Positions 1 to 9,924 of a DNA stretch of 64,000 nucleotides are shown one piece after another. The stretch spans positions 16,926 through 80,925 of the forward strand of contig NZGE01000033.1 of assembly GCA_002689455.1 (NCBI GenBank). Reading direction: 5' to 3'. The position numbers were made by a program, and so were the translations under genes. Positions within the stretch are counted from its first letter, which is position 1. Each line of letters begins with the position of its first letter. The notes under the pieces were generated by a model. It did no database searches, was not told the origin of the DNA, and saw only the letters and a program-made list of their open reading frames with translations. The stretch is from Magnetococcales bacterium (lineage in GTDB: Bacteria; Pseudomonadota; Alphaproteobacteria; UBA2136).

Positions 1-31
1 TTCATAACTGCTAAAATAAATTCATTATAAA

Positions 32-328
32 TTGAAAGGGTTGTTCATGGAGCGCTTTATCACATTCATTAAAAACAATGAAACAGGTGAAGAATTTATC
101 AGCATGCGTAAAGCTATGGCTGGCGCACATGACAATGTTATGAAGCAAGAATCGCTTAAGTACCCCCTTCCACGCTTTACAGTACACACAACTTACACCG
201 ACATTGAACTGCGTGATATTCTTGAAACCTTAGACCGTTGGACGGGCACAAGCGTTATGAAGGACCTTAACCGCCTTGAAAACCGTTTAGATGCCATTCC
301 GCAACTGGTACACAAATTATCATCATAA
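32..328 (+). CDS. Small hypothetical protein (98 aa)
   Basis: Intact ORF convergent with phoH. No recognisable motifs. Confidence 0.3.
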   Translation: MKGLFMERFITFIKNNETGEEFISMRKAMAGAHDNVMKQESLKYPLPRFTVHTTYTDIELRDILETLDRWTGTSVMKDLNRLENRLDAIPQLVHKLSS

Positions 329-562
329 AAGCATTTAAAAGCTGTTAAACATCGCCTAAACGCATGTTTAATGTCCGAATAAAATGTTTAAGGTATAATG
401 AAGATTCATCACATCAACTTATATATTCAGCAAAATTTTTAATTTTTATATAAAAGTTCAAAAAATGAATTCATGCGATGATATAACCATAAACATCATA
501 TAGCCTACATTTATACATATTATCAAACGATCATCAGATTTTAATATCTTTCATAAACACAT

Positions 563-594
563 AAAAAAGCCCTCGATTAAGAGGGCTTTTAATT
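563..594. terminator. Bidirectional rho-independent terminator hairpin
   Basis: Stem agccctc, loop gattaa, stem gagggct, with T-runs on both strands. Lies between the convergent 32..328 ORF and phoH. Confidence 0.55.
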
Positions 595-608
595 TCGATT
601 ATTTTAGA

Positions 609-1499
609 TTAAAAACGTAAAATACGGTTTACACCAGCACTACGCTTACTTGTATCATCACCAAGGTCAATATGGTGAATTTCGTCATTGTCAAAGTCAG
701 CGCCAGGGTTGTTAAAAAAGTCAGCCACATGTGTCGCACCTTCTTTAAGAGGGTTTAGGCATTTAGACTTTTCAATACGATCTAAAAGCCATTTTAAACC
801 ATTATCACCCGAGTCAAACTTTTTATCAATTTGCGTTAAATCACCACAAATATATGCACGTGAATTTCTCCCAATACGCGTCAGAAACATTTCCATTTGC
901 TCTGCCGTTGTATTTTGAGATTCATCCAAGACGACAAAAGCATCATTTAATGTACGCCCTCTCATTTTTCCAAGAGGTGCAACAATGAATTGCTTTGTCA
1001 TTTGTGCCAACAGTTGACTACCAATTGTAGCATCTTTATCCTTGCGAATATCATCTAACTGACTAATCAAACCGCCATGCCCCATTTCAATTAACTTCTC
1101 GAAAATAGGCATAAGCATTGGCGCCATTTTTTGTATTTCACCACCAGGCAAAGCACCTTGACTATCCTCGGCTTCTGTCATAGGGCGTGTAATAATAAAA
1201 TGTTTGTACATATTTGTTTTTAAAGCAGCAATTCCAAAAGCAGTACCAAACAAAGTTTTACCACTTCCCGCACATCCCGTTGCAATGGTTAAATAACTCA
1301 TGCGACTTAATGCATAAAGCAATTCCTCTTGCTCGGGCGATTGCGGAGCAATTTTAAATGGTCCCTTATTTTGCTTATTACAATCCCCTTCTCCTGCCTT
1401 AGCGGATGGAACTTGTAATATACCAGGTTTTAATTCAAAACCGTTGTTACCAGTACATACAGGGAAATTACTAAAATCAGCATTATCTCTTAATGACAT
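609..1499 (-). CDS. phoH: PhoH-family ATPase (PhoH/YbeZ-like)
   Basis: Walker A GCAGSGKT. Motifs VVLDESQN and ICGDLTQID match the PhoH family. 296 aa is the typical length. Confidence 0.8.
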   Translation of the reverse strand: MSLRDNADFSNFPVCTGNNGFELKPGILQVPSAKAGEGDCNKQNKGPFKIAPQSPEQEELLYALSRMSYLTIATGCAGSGKTLFGTAFGIAALKTNMYKHFIITRPMTEAEDSQGALPGGEIQKMAPMLMPIFEKLIEMGHGGLISQLDDIRKDKDATIGSQLLAQMTKQFIVAPLGKMRGRTLNDAFVVLDESQNTTAEQMEMFLTRIGRNSRAYICGDLTQIDKKFDSGDNGLKWLLDRIEKSKCLNPLKEGATHVADFFNNPGADFDNDEIHHIDLGDDTSKRSAGVNRILRF

Positions 1500-1710
1500 A
1501 GGTTCTCCTTAAAAGAACATGTAAATAAATATGAAATGAATGATGTTGGCGGTCGGGCCTTAACCCTATGTGCCAAATTTAAATAGAATAGTGAATAAAA
1601 AGACGACGTTAAAACTTTAATGTTCTAGCGTAGCCCTTTTGTAAAAGAACAAGTACACAGTTAATAAACAAGATAAGTTATGACATGTACAATTTCAACC
1701 GTGAAAATGA

Positions 1711-2427
1711 TTATTTAATTAAGAGCTCCAGCCAAAGCCTTGAATGTTCAGGCAAAATGCCATTTTCTTTTTCAAAACCTTCAACCCACATGTCGCCTGA
1801 TATAATTTTGGATTCACCTAGTTTTATCGTTTCCTCACCTGTCATCACCCTTGTGTAACGCACAGGCTTTTGGTGTACATATGTTTGATCTTCTTGGTAA
1901 TAGGCCATAAAGTCTTGCATACGTATATTTTGAATAGTGGCCGACACCGTGGCTTTAATGAAACCTTGAATAACCTTAGAAAGGCTTAGAACAAGTTTAT
2001 CTTCCACCATCATACTTTGGCGGTTCATTTTAGGTTTAACCTTAAACAAACCTTTTTCAACATAAACTTCCGGTTCATGAACAAGGTATGGAATTTCAAC
2101 ATCCTTTGAAATGCTTTTATCTTCACCTGCAAGCATGGAAATGCCATCAGCCATCAACACATGTGCAACACCTTCTCCACATGCCTTATGTTGAACAAGG
2201 TCTGAGGAACGCTCTAAGACCTTTTCGGCTATTTCTTTACTGGTAAAGCATTCAATTAATTTGTAAGAAATTAAAACCATCTCAGAGCCTTTAGGGCGCG
2301 GTTTAAAGTCTTTTGGTGTACCAATTTCTGTGATCGACCACACAGGGAAAATAACACACAAGAAAAAAAGGCTACAAACTGCAGCCTTTAAAACGTATTT
2401 ATGAAAATTACATAATAACTTGTTCAC
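1711..2427 (-). CDS. Hypothetical signal-peptide protein, last gene of the traB-traC block (possible TraW/TraU-class F-type periplasmic component)
   Basis: 238 aa with an N-terminal hydrophobic signal-like segment (AVCSLFFLCVIFPVWS). Its start overlaps the upstream gene by 20 nt. Assignment is by position only. Confidence 0.3.
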   Translation of the reverse strand: MNKLLCNFHKYVLKAAVCSLFFLCVIFPVWSITEIGTPKDFKPRPKGSEMVLISYKLIECFTSKEIAEKVLERSSDLVQHKACGEGVAHVLMADGISMLAGEDKSISKDVEIPYLVHEPEVYVEKGLFKVKPKMNRQSMMVEDKLVLSLSKVIQGFIKATVSATIQNIRMQDFMAYYQEDQTYVHQKPVRYTRVMTGEETIKLGESKIISGDMWVEGFEKENGILPEHSRLWLELLIK

Positions 2428-3298
2428 GTTCTGGTGCGATCTTTTTCAGCATAGACGTAAAGGTACGAACCTTACGTGGGTCTTGGTTATCAATTGGTGT
2501 GTGAATGACAATACGGTCGTCGGTGATAGATGCAATACGGCATGACTGCCAAGCATTGTTCACAAAGTGACGAATTTCATTTGTACGCATTTCTTCTTCT
2601 GTTTCACCTTCACCTTCTGGTAACAAGGTAATACGGCGCACGCCTAAAATAGTTTGTAAGTGACGCACATTAACACCACCATTTTCAAGCCACATAGACA
2701 TGTGCTCTGAAGTCATACGAATAACAGCCCAAGAGTTTGATGCACCCATCCAAATACCTGAAATACATTCTGGGTAGTAACACTCCATCACAGCGGCAAC
2801 AAATTCTTTACCACGACGTGTACCAACACGCATGCCCGCAACAGCGTCACGGCTTGCACAAAGTGTTAAAACTTGTTTTGTGCCTAAAGGTGGCTTCTCG
2901 TGAAAGTCCATCACACTGAGTAAATTCTCTGGAATAAAGACGTGTTTTGTACCCACACGGTAGAAAATACCACCGTCACGGTAACCGGCAACCTCACCTT
3001 CAAGCACACGGCCTGGTGCACCGTCACCCCATTGATGAATTTCCATAATTTGCATAAACATGTTCACACTTGGCATGAGTGGATCACGAATATCAATCCA
3101 CACACCACGGTCACCAAAGCCATTACGGCGGCGTGTTGCAATGGTTTGGTCTTCTAAGTTCACATCCACTTCCACCAACATGTCTTTTTCGGCATAACAA
3201 AGGCGAATAGCACTGGCAAGCGCTTGTTCGATTTGCGCTTCTGTCCAACCATATTCTTCGCCAATCAGGCGTACTGTTTCAATATTTGCGACTCTCAT
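2408..3298 (-). CDS. Hypothetical protein in the tra operon
   Basis: 296-aa intact ORF, apparently translationally coupled to the 608-aa gene upstream and the 238-aa gene downstream. No signal peptide or recognisable motif. Confidence 0.3.
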   Translation of the reverse strand: MRVANIETVRLIGEEYGWTEAQIEQALASAIRLCYAEKDMLVEVDVNLEDQTIATRRRNGFGDRGVWIDIRDPLMPSVNMFMQIMEIHQWGDGAPGRVLEGEVAGYRDGGIFYRVGTKHVFIPENLLSVMDFHEKPPLGTKQVLTLCASRDAVAGMRVGTRRGKEFVAAVMECYYPECISGIWMGASNSWAVIRMTSEHMSMWLENGGVNVRHLQTILGVRRITLLPEGEGETEEEMRTNEIRHFVNNAWQSCRIASITDDRIVIHTPIDNQDPRKVRTFTSMLKKIAPEREQVIM

Positions 3299-3300
3299 AT

Positions 3301-5127
3301 TTAGCGCCCTATACTTACAATGTGTTTTCGTTTGCCGTTGGTAAATTCGGCATATTCCTGTTTAACAGTGAGAAGCTCCCAACCCGATACACTTTCGCCG
3401 ATGAGTAGAACCCCTTGCTTGCTGTTTAATTCAGCTATAATACCTTTTTTAGGAACTGTTGACAGTAAAATCAAGGGTGGGAAGTTTGTTGCACGGAAAC
3501 TTGGGCGAATATTTTTAGGAATACGCACACGTTCACGTTCAACTTGGAACATGGCAACATCAAAGTCATCTAATGTTCTTACACCGTTGTTTTCTTGGTA
3601 TGAAGGCTCTGGCACAACAGGTAAGTTATATGGGTTTGCACCATATAATGATTCAGCTTGCTTTTGTGAAAGCAATGCGCTTTTACGTTCTGGCAATGGA
3701 ATAGATCCAGCGTCTGCATTTGCACTTTCTTTTTCTGCAAAATATTCATCAGGTGTAGGTTTGTAACCTGGTTCAACTGTGTTGGTTTCCCCTGCTAAAA
3801 TTTTACGATATTCAGCCAACTCATCTTCCAATTGGCGGGAAAGTTCCTTGTTTCGCTCATCCAGTTCTGCTGGTGAAAGCATTTCCACATCATCTTCTTT
3901 TGCAACAACTTCTTCTTGAACTTCCGCAGGTTTAAAGTTTTCAGGGTTCTTTTCTTTACGTGCTTGTTCAATGGCTTGTTGTAGCTGAACAATCACACCC
4001 ACCTCTTCTGGCATATCAGGTGCACCTTCAGCGTCTATGGGCTTTTCAACCTCTTCTTCTGGTACATCCACAAACTCAACAATTGTATTATTTGAATCTT
4101 CGTTTGTAGCAACCTGTTCATCTTCAATTACTGTTTCAGGCGCAATCTCATCTTCCATAGGTTGAGGTTCTTCAGAAACCATTAAGTCACCCATTTCTGA
4201 ATCTTCTACAGGCGTTTCTGCAGGTTCAGGTCTATTCACTGGAATTTCTTCCTTGCTCATACTCGCCATATCCACAACAGCTTCAGGCTGCAATGATGGT
4301 GTTGCACCATTGTCTTGTGATTTTTCACCTACAGTTGGAATTTCTTCTGAAACTTCATTTAAAGAACCTGTCCAACGGCTAATCACTTCGGTTGTTTCAT
4401 CTTTTTCAACAAAGAATGAATACCCCGCAAATCCAATTGCACATAAAATCACAATACCAAATAAAGCACCTGCTGGCTTTGCATTGTCGTGCGTTACAAG
4501 GGCAGCAGCGCCGCGACCTGCAATTTGTGCAGGGCTTAATTTTTCATCATCTTTGAAGGTTGTTCCTTCTGGTAATTCTGGTGCTTCTGCACCAACTGCA
4601 CCTTGTTGCCATGGTGGCAATGAGTCATTTTGAGGTGCCTGTGGTTGGTCCATCAATGGCTCTTGCGGCAAAGACTGTTCCTTTTGAACTTGCTCTTGTG
4701 CCATAGACCCGAAAATATCTTCTTCAGCATTTTTAGATGTATTCATATCATCTAAATCCCAACCTCCAGCCACTTCAGGCTCCTCAGCCCAAGCGTCAAT
4801 AGTTGGTTCAGCTGTTGCATCTAATTTTGAAGCTGTTGGCTCAATTGCAAAATCGTCTTCAGGTAAATGCCTTTGTTGGAATGCATTTTCATCAGAAAGT
4901 TTACTGCTTTGTTCTGGAATTGCAGAAGCTGAGCTATCTACAGTTGATTCAGGTGCAAGCGGTGGACGCTTTGCAGGAATTTCATCTGCAAACTCATCAA
5001 AAGAAACTTTTTTCGACTCTTTAGGCGTAGCTGATTCCTTAGGCGCAACAGAAGATGCACCTGAGGTGTTCTCTTTTTGTTCTGTTTCTTTGGCCATGGC
5101 CGATGGTAATTTACGCTTTAATACCAT
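3301..5127 (-). CDS. Bitopic membrane protein with a long acidic, Pro/Glu-rich disordered N-terminal half (TrbI-position protein)
   Basis: 608 aa. The N-terminal roughly 200 aa is low complexity (E/D/P/A-rich). There is a single transmembrane segment (ALFGIVILCAIGFAGYSFFV) and a C-terminal globular part. It lies immediately downstream of traC, where F-like systems have trbI. Confidence 0.4.
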   Translation of the reverse strand: MVLKRKLPSAMAKETEQKENTSGASSVAPKESATPKESKKVSFDEFADEIPAKRPPLAPESTVDSSASAIPEQSSKLSDENAFQQRHLPEDDFAIEPTASKLDATAEPTIDAWAEEPEVAGGWDLDDMNTSKNAEEDIFGSMAQEQVQKEQSLPQEPLMDQPQAPQNDSLPPWQQGAVGAEAPELPEGTTFKDDEKLSPAQIAGRGAAALVTHDNAKPAGALFGIVILCAIGFAGYSFFVEKDETTEVISRWTGSLNEVSEEIPTVGEKSQDNGATPSLQPEAVVDMASMSKEEIPVNRPEPAETPVEDSEMGDLMVSEEPQPMEDEIAPETVIEDEQVATNEDSNNTIVEFVDVPEEEVEKPIDAEGAPDMPEEVGVIVQLQQAIEQARKEKNPENFKPAEVQEEVVAKEDDVEMLSPAELDERNKELSRQLEDELAEYRKILAGETNTVEPGYKPTPDEYFAEKESANADAGSIPLPERKSALLSQKQAESLYGANPYNLPVVPEPSYQENNGVRTLDDFDVAMFQVERERVRIPKNIRPSFRATNFPPLILLSTVPKKGIIAELNSKQGVLLIGESVSGWELLTVKQEYAEFTNGKRKHIVSIGR

Positions 5128-5134
5128 TTAACCC

Positions 5135-7747
5135 CTACTTTGTCCTACGACTTCGTTCTTCTTCAGCGGCAGCCGCTGCACGTGCTGCACGTACCCCTTG
5201 AGGATACTTTTGACTGAAAGCTACTGTCGCCTTCCACCAGTCTCCGCCCATTTCATCTTTCATGCGGGTAATTTCGGAAACATCATCTGGCTGAGTTGAC
5301 GCTAATGCAAATGTTAGCTTATCTGTCAGCAAACGGCAAACAACTTCTCCAGCAGGAGACATTAAATAAAACTCGGAATAGAAGCCAGGCTTAGTGTCGA
5401 GTGAAGCAATGTTTGCTTCATGTCGTTCACTGCGTAAACCAAGCGACTGCATCAACATTGGAATCATCTCTTTTCTTGGTTTCAAAATCATACGTTTCGT
5501 AATGTTACCAATGATTGCCTGACCCACATCTGTTGTTAAATCTTCCTCGTTTTGAGATGCAATTCCACACATACAGTTCAATGAACGGTAGGTTCGGAAC
5601 GCACGTTTTAACTGGTTCGAAATTTGGCCACCGCCTTTAGAACTAATCATCGAAATCATCTCATCGACAAGAAGGTGTTTTTTGGCTGCTCTGTCACCCA
5701 TATACATCACATTGTCTAGCATCGTGAAAATTGAGTTGATAATAACATCACTAATTTTTTCACTGAGGACGTTTTGTAAGTTGAAGACAACAAGTCTATC
5801 TTTTTCACTAATGGATGGTGGACCATCAAATAATTTACCATAAATACCTTCGCTACAATATGAACCCAATTCATCGGCTGCAAAGAAACCAAGGTTACGC
5901 TGATGTTCATTAATGTATGGGAATTTTTGCATTGCTTCACGAATCCATGTTGGGCGTAAAACATCCCCTTCTGGTACAAGATCGTAAGCATATTGCAGAA
6001 CCTGCTCAAACAAACGTGGCATAACAGGGTCTAGTTCTTCTGAACCACCCTTTTTAATCATCAGCTCAAGAGCTTCCACCCATTGCTGTAAACGCTGTTT
6101 CGTCATCATACCTGCAAACGGGTTAATGCATGAAGAAGGTGAATCTAAATCAATTAAAATAAGACGACCCATTGTACGCGCAAAACGGTCATAGTCATCT
6201 TTAATAGTCATCAAGAATTGACGGTGTACACCCGCAGCAAATAACTGTAACACAAGGTCAACAACCGCAAATGATTTACCAGAACCTGATGTCCCTGTAA
6301 TAGCATAGTGCCAGTTTACAAAGTCACTGGATGTATGGTCAAAGAAAGTTACCTCACCGTCACGGTTCACATAAACAGCTTGCGGTGATTTACTACCACC
6401 CCAATGTCCGTGGTTTGGTAAAAGGTCAACCAAGTCATCACTCATCACACGGCGGTTACGTGAAAACGGTTTACTAAATTCAAATTTATTAACAAGCGGC
6501 CAAGAAAACGACATACCTTGCAAGGCCATACTACGTTCCATATCAGGCACGGCTGAAAGTTTTTTTATCGCCGAAGATACTTTAAGCATTTTATCTTCCA
6601 CTTCTTTACGAGAATAACCATGAATAATCATACCCATTGTCATGTAAAGAATTTTACGGCCTGCGAACATGCGGTGCTTAATTTCACTAACCTCTTGTGC
6701 AAAGGCATCGGCTTCCTCTTTATTAAAAGCGCCAGAAACACGTTTTCGAAGCTCCACAGAGATGGCCATTTTAGTCTGTTCCATCATTTGATGTGGCTGA
6801 ATAATGTTACAGAAGAATGTATATTGCGTTGCAATTGTTCTTCTTATAATACCAAAATAATCAGGTGCAACCGTGTCTGGCATCATGGCCAAAGTTACAA
6901 TACCGTGGTAATCACGCCCTACTTTAACCAAGTCAAACTCATGTTCTATTGGCAATGGGAAGCATTGGTCGTTAAAAGGTGTCTTTTCATCTAATACAAT
7001 ACGTTGACCTGCTTCGCGATATGATGGTGCAAAAGCCGTCCAGTAATGTTGCTTCAACTCCGTCAACGACATACGTGTTTCACGCACAACCCCAAACATA
7101 ACGTCCAGTGTAGATTCAATAGATAAAACAGTTTCTTTAAAATCTGAGAGAGCTACGCGCACTTGGGAATTAAAGAAATCATCAAAAAACTTGAACTTTG
7201 ATGGGTCCATATTAAAGGCTGACATAGCCGTTCCAACAACAGTATAAATCAGGTTCATAGCTGTTTTAAGGATTCCCAAATCCTCTGCAGGTGGCGGTGC
7301 CTTTAAGGTAATAATCATATAAGTATCACGCAGCATAGCATACTGACCTTCAGCAACAGGGTAACCATTAAAACCAGCCGTTAACAGCTTTTCAGCACGT
7401 GATTCACGCAGTAATTTTCCTTTTTCATCTCCACTATCCAAACTGAGATAATCAGTCATACGCTGGCCTAAATTGTTATGGGATGTGATAATTGTTTGAA
7501 CTTCATATCCAACAGGTAAACTTTCAATAAAAGTTCTAAATTCATTGTTGGTTTGCAAGTAACCGCTGTCAGAAGAATAAGATGGTGGCACACGCGTTTT
7601 CCACGCAATAGCCAAACTGCCATCATCTAATAAATGTGTGCGCCAATAAGGTGAGCTTTCATCTTTCTCAAACTCAAAATATGGCAAAAACTGCCCAATT
7701 CTATTGGCACGTTGCTGTGCTGGTTTTTCGTTACTGAGAAACGCCAT
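5135..7747 (-). CDS. traC: F-type T4SS ATPase TraC (VirB4 family)
   Basis: 870 aa. Walker A GTSGSGKSF and Walker B LLVDE. Size and position after the lipoprotein TraV match F TraC (about 875 aa). Confidence 0.85.
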   Translation of the reverse strand: MAFLSNEKPAQQRANRIGQFLPYFEFEKDESSPYWRTHLLDDGSLAIAWKTRVPPSYSSDSGYLQTNNEFRTFIESLPVGYEVQTIITSHNNLGQRMTDYLSLDSGDEKGKLLRESRAEKLLTAGFNGYPVAEGQYAMLRDTYMIITLKAPPPAEDLGILKTAMNLIYTVVGTAMSAFNMDPSKFKFFDDFFNSQVRVALSDFKETVLSIESTLDVMFGVVRETRMSLTELKQHYWTAFAPSYREAGQRIVLDEKTPFNDQCFPLPIEHEFDLVKVGRDYHGIVTLAMMPDTVAPDYFGIIRRTIATQYTFFCNIIQPHQMMEQTKMAISVELRKRVSGAFNKEEADAFAQEVSEIKHRMFAGRKILYMTMGMIIHGYSRKEVEDKMLKVSSAIKKLSAVPDMERSMALQGMSFSWPLVNKFEFSKPFSRNRRVMSDDLVDLLPNHGHWGGSKSPQAVYVNRDGEVTFFDHTSSDFVNWHYAITGTSGSGKSFAVVDLVLQLFAAGVHRQFLMTIKDDYDRFARTMGRLILIDLDSPSSCINPFAGMMTKQRLQQWVEALELMIKKGGSEELDPVMPRLFEQVLQYAYDLVPEGDVLRPTWIREAMQKFPYINEHQRNLGFFAADELGSYCSEGIYGKLFDGPPSISEKDRLVVFNLQNVLSEKISDVIINSIFTMLDNVMYMGDRAAKKHLLVDEMISMISSKGGGQISNQLKRAFRTYRSLNCMCGIASQNEEDLTTDVGQAIIGNITKRMILKPRKEMIPMLMQSLGLRSERHEANIASLDTKPGFYSEFYLMSPAGEVVCRLLTDKLTFALASTQPDDVSEITRMKDEMGGDWWKATVAFSQKYPQGVRAARAAAAAEEERSRRTK

Positions 7748-8135
7748 ATCCTACCCCAAATGCATCTTCATCAATACTACGATCATTGGCCGGTAATACC
7801 CATTCATATCGATCTGTTAGGAAGATTGTTGACCAATTACCAAAAACACGTGTGTTGTCTTGTGTTACATGAGGATATGTCCACACAAGTAGTGTTTTAG
7901 GCGGTGCTACAACTGCCAACTCTTTTTCTGGAATATAAGAAGGACGGTTCATTTCAGGACGCACTTTGTGACGAATAAGCTGTCTTTCAACACCGCCCGC
8001 ACCTAAAGACTTATCCTTCGCAACATCGTAAGAAACATCCATCGAAAGAGGATAATCAGGTGGCAATGCGCTCCCATAATACTTACATCCTGTTAAAGCC
8101 AGCAACATAAGAAGCATGATTTTCATTTTATTCAT
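7731..8135 (-). CDS. traV: TraV-like outer-membrane lipoprotein (VirB7 analogue)
   Basis: 134 aa with a lipobox (LALTGC). It sits between the traB and traC homologues, as in F. It overlaps traC by 17 nt. Confidence 0.45.
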   Translation of the reverse strand: MNKMKIMLLMLLALTGCKYYGSALPPDYPLSMDVSYDVAKDKSLGAGGVERQLIRHKVRPEMNRPSYIPEKELAVVAPPKTLLVWTYPHVTQDNTRVFGNWSTIFLTDRYEWVLPANDRSIDEDAFGVGYGVSQ

Positions 8136-8151
8136 TTTTTATTCCTCAAAC

Positions 8152-9603
8152 TTAAATTCTACCTTTTTTAGCATTTTCTTCAGCCTTAAGGCGAGCTGCT
8201 TCATTTTCAGCTTCAATTTTATCTGCTTTTTCACCATCAACCAAAAGCGTCCAAGGGCTTCCATCATGACGCAATTCAAACCCACTTAACAGTACCATAT
8301 GAATATCCCTTGTTGGATCCACACGAACAAATGGAACAACACGGTTTGAACGCTCCTCAAGATAATCCCTTAATGATCCCATCATCCCCGAAATACCTGC
8401 TGCCATTTCAGCTTGAACCGCACTACCAGTTAAGTTTGTTGCCGTCCCACCTTCACTGGTTGTCTCTGAAAACTGATTTTCACGCACAATTTCAGCTGTT
8501 CCCGCCGCAAAATCAGCCAATAAAGCCGCTGCAATACGTGAAGCATCACCTTCATAAAACACACCTGGCACACCAACAATGCCATCATTTGCATCAACCA
8601 CATAACCACTTAAGCTATATGTTACAGCACCTGCATCTGGATAAACACATGTCATACGACTTGGTTTACCAATGGCACGCTCTGTAGAAATTTGCCCTTC
8701 AAACTCAACAAATGCAATACAACCATCTAAAGAAACTGTAGAGTTCATCGCTGTTTTATAACTACCCGTCAAACGCACCAACGCTGGTACAGAACCACCT
8801 ACAAGCGCATCAAAACCGTTTAACAAAGTCCCTTTAACAAACCCTAAAGGCGGCACAAAAGGTTGAGGTGTTTTTTCTACGTAACGACCGCCACTTGCTG
8901 ATTGAAGCACCTTTGAACCTGGTGCACTATTAAAATTTAGCAATGCTTGGTCGGGGTTTGCACTCATCCCCGAACTCCCTGCTCGCAGCGTTGTTTGGCT
9001 GATACGTGCCTTTTTCTTTTGGCGAACAACTGTTTTCTCATCCATACCACCCAGTGCTTGCTGGCGACGACCTTGCTCTTCAACAGCACGTGCTTGATCC
9101 ACAAGCCTGTTGATTTCTGCACGTTGCTCTTGGTTTGACCTTTCAAATGTACGTATTTGTTGATTAAATGTTTCGATCATCTGTTGCATTTGTTGCTGCT
9201 GTTCAGTAACCGCATCCTTAATAGAAGATACATTTTCAAGTTCTGTTTTTACATTATCCACTAAAGAACTTTTAAGCTCAGCAAGTTCTTTACGTTGCTG
9301 TGTATAGAAACCTCTTTGTAAAGACTCCCTCGAAGGATCTACAGCCTCAAACGAGCCTTGACCCCCTTCTACATCTTTTTGCAATTGCCTTTGTGAAACC
9401 TTCACATTCCCTTCAGCAGGTTGCTGGGCAGCAGGTTTCTTGACAGGAGTTTCACCCCCACCTGAGACCAACATAAATAAGAAGAAGACAACAACAGCCC
9501 CAATACCTATTTGAGCATTTTTAGGCAGCGCCTTAAACTTTTCAATAAGTTCCTTTAACTTATCTTCCCCGGACGAAACTGGTACTTGATTATTATTTTC
9601 CAT
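8152..9603 (-). CDS. traB: F-type T4SS TraB (VirB10/TrbI family)
   Basis: 483 aa. N-terminal transmembrane segment (IGIGAVVVFFLFMLV), a Gln-rich coiled-coil linker, and a C-terminal beta-rich VirB10-like domain. F TraB is 475 aa. Confidence 0.7.
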   Translation of the reverse strand: MENNNQVPVSSGEDKLKELIEKFKALPKNAQIGIGAVVVFFLFMLVSGGGETPVKKPAAQQPAEGNVKVSQRQLQKDVEGGQGSFEAVDPSRESLQRGFYTQQRKELAELKSSLVDNVKTELENVSSIKDAVTEQQQQMQQMIETFNQQIRTFERSNQEQRAEINRLVDQARAVEEQGRRQQALGGMDEKTVVRQKKKARISQTTLRAGSSGMSANPDQALLNFNSAPGSKVLQSASGGRYVEKTPQPFVPPLGFVKGTLLNGFDALVGGSVPALVRLTGSYKTAMNSTVSLDGCIAFVEFEGQISTERAIGKPSRMTCVYPDAGAVTYSLSGYVVDANDGIVGVPGVFYEGDASRIAAALLADFAAGTAEIVRENQFSETTSEGGTATNLTGSAVQAEMAAGISGMMGSLRDYLEERSNRVVPFVRVDPTRDIHMVLLSGFELRHDGSPWTLLVDGEKADKIEAENEAARLKAEENAKKGRI

Positions 9604-9924
9604 TTAATCCAAACGCTTATTTATAGTTGTTGTCGCATGCAACTGTAAAGTTACAAATATCCACCAAACAAGATAGCGAATTCTGTCATTCAACGCAATG
9701 GTTACATATAAACAACTCACCATATCGCATATAATGTGTGCAACATTTAAACAACAAACCATTAAAAATGCTTTAAAATAATTAAAAAAGTCACTTTTCC
9801 CTTGAATATTCGCACCTGCGACATGATAATTACCTTAAGGTGTGTAATATATCCAAGTAAAAGTCATGAAAATGATTATTTAATTAGGAATATATTTGAA
9901 ATTTAAGTAAGAGCAAGAGGTTAT
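9604..9924. promoter_or_regulatory. Divergent promoter region (traB leftward, traG-like rightward)
   Basis: 320-bp AT-rich intergenic region between divergent operon starts. It contains one copy of the 20-bp repeat tgaaaatgattatttaatta at 9867-9886. Confidence 0.4.

Noticed and set aside
688-918. Numerous short ORFs (60-170 aa) in the six-frame track embedded antisense or out-of-frame inside large genes (for example 688..918, 2737..2919, 3320..3766, 6620..6994, 10719..11195, 24747..25268, 36350..36772, 38726..39201)
   Set aside because: They lie wholly within well-supported long ORFs. They have low-complexity or codon-shadow composition and lack RBS or context. Treated as spurious.
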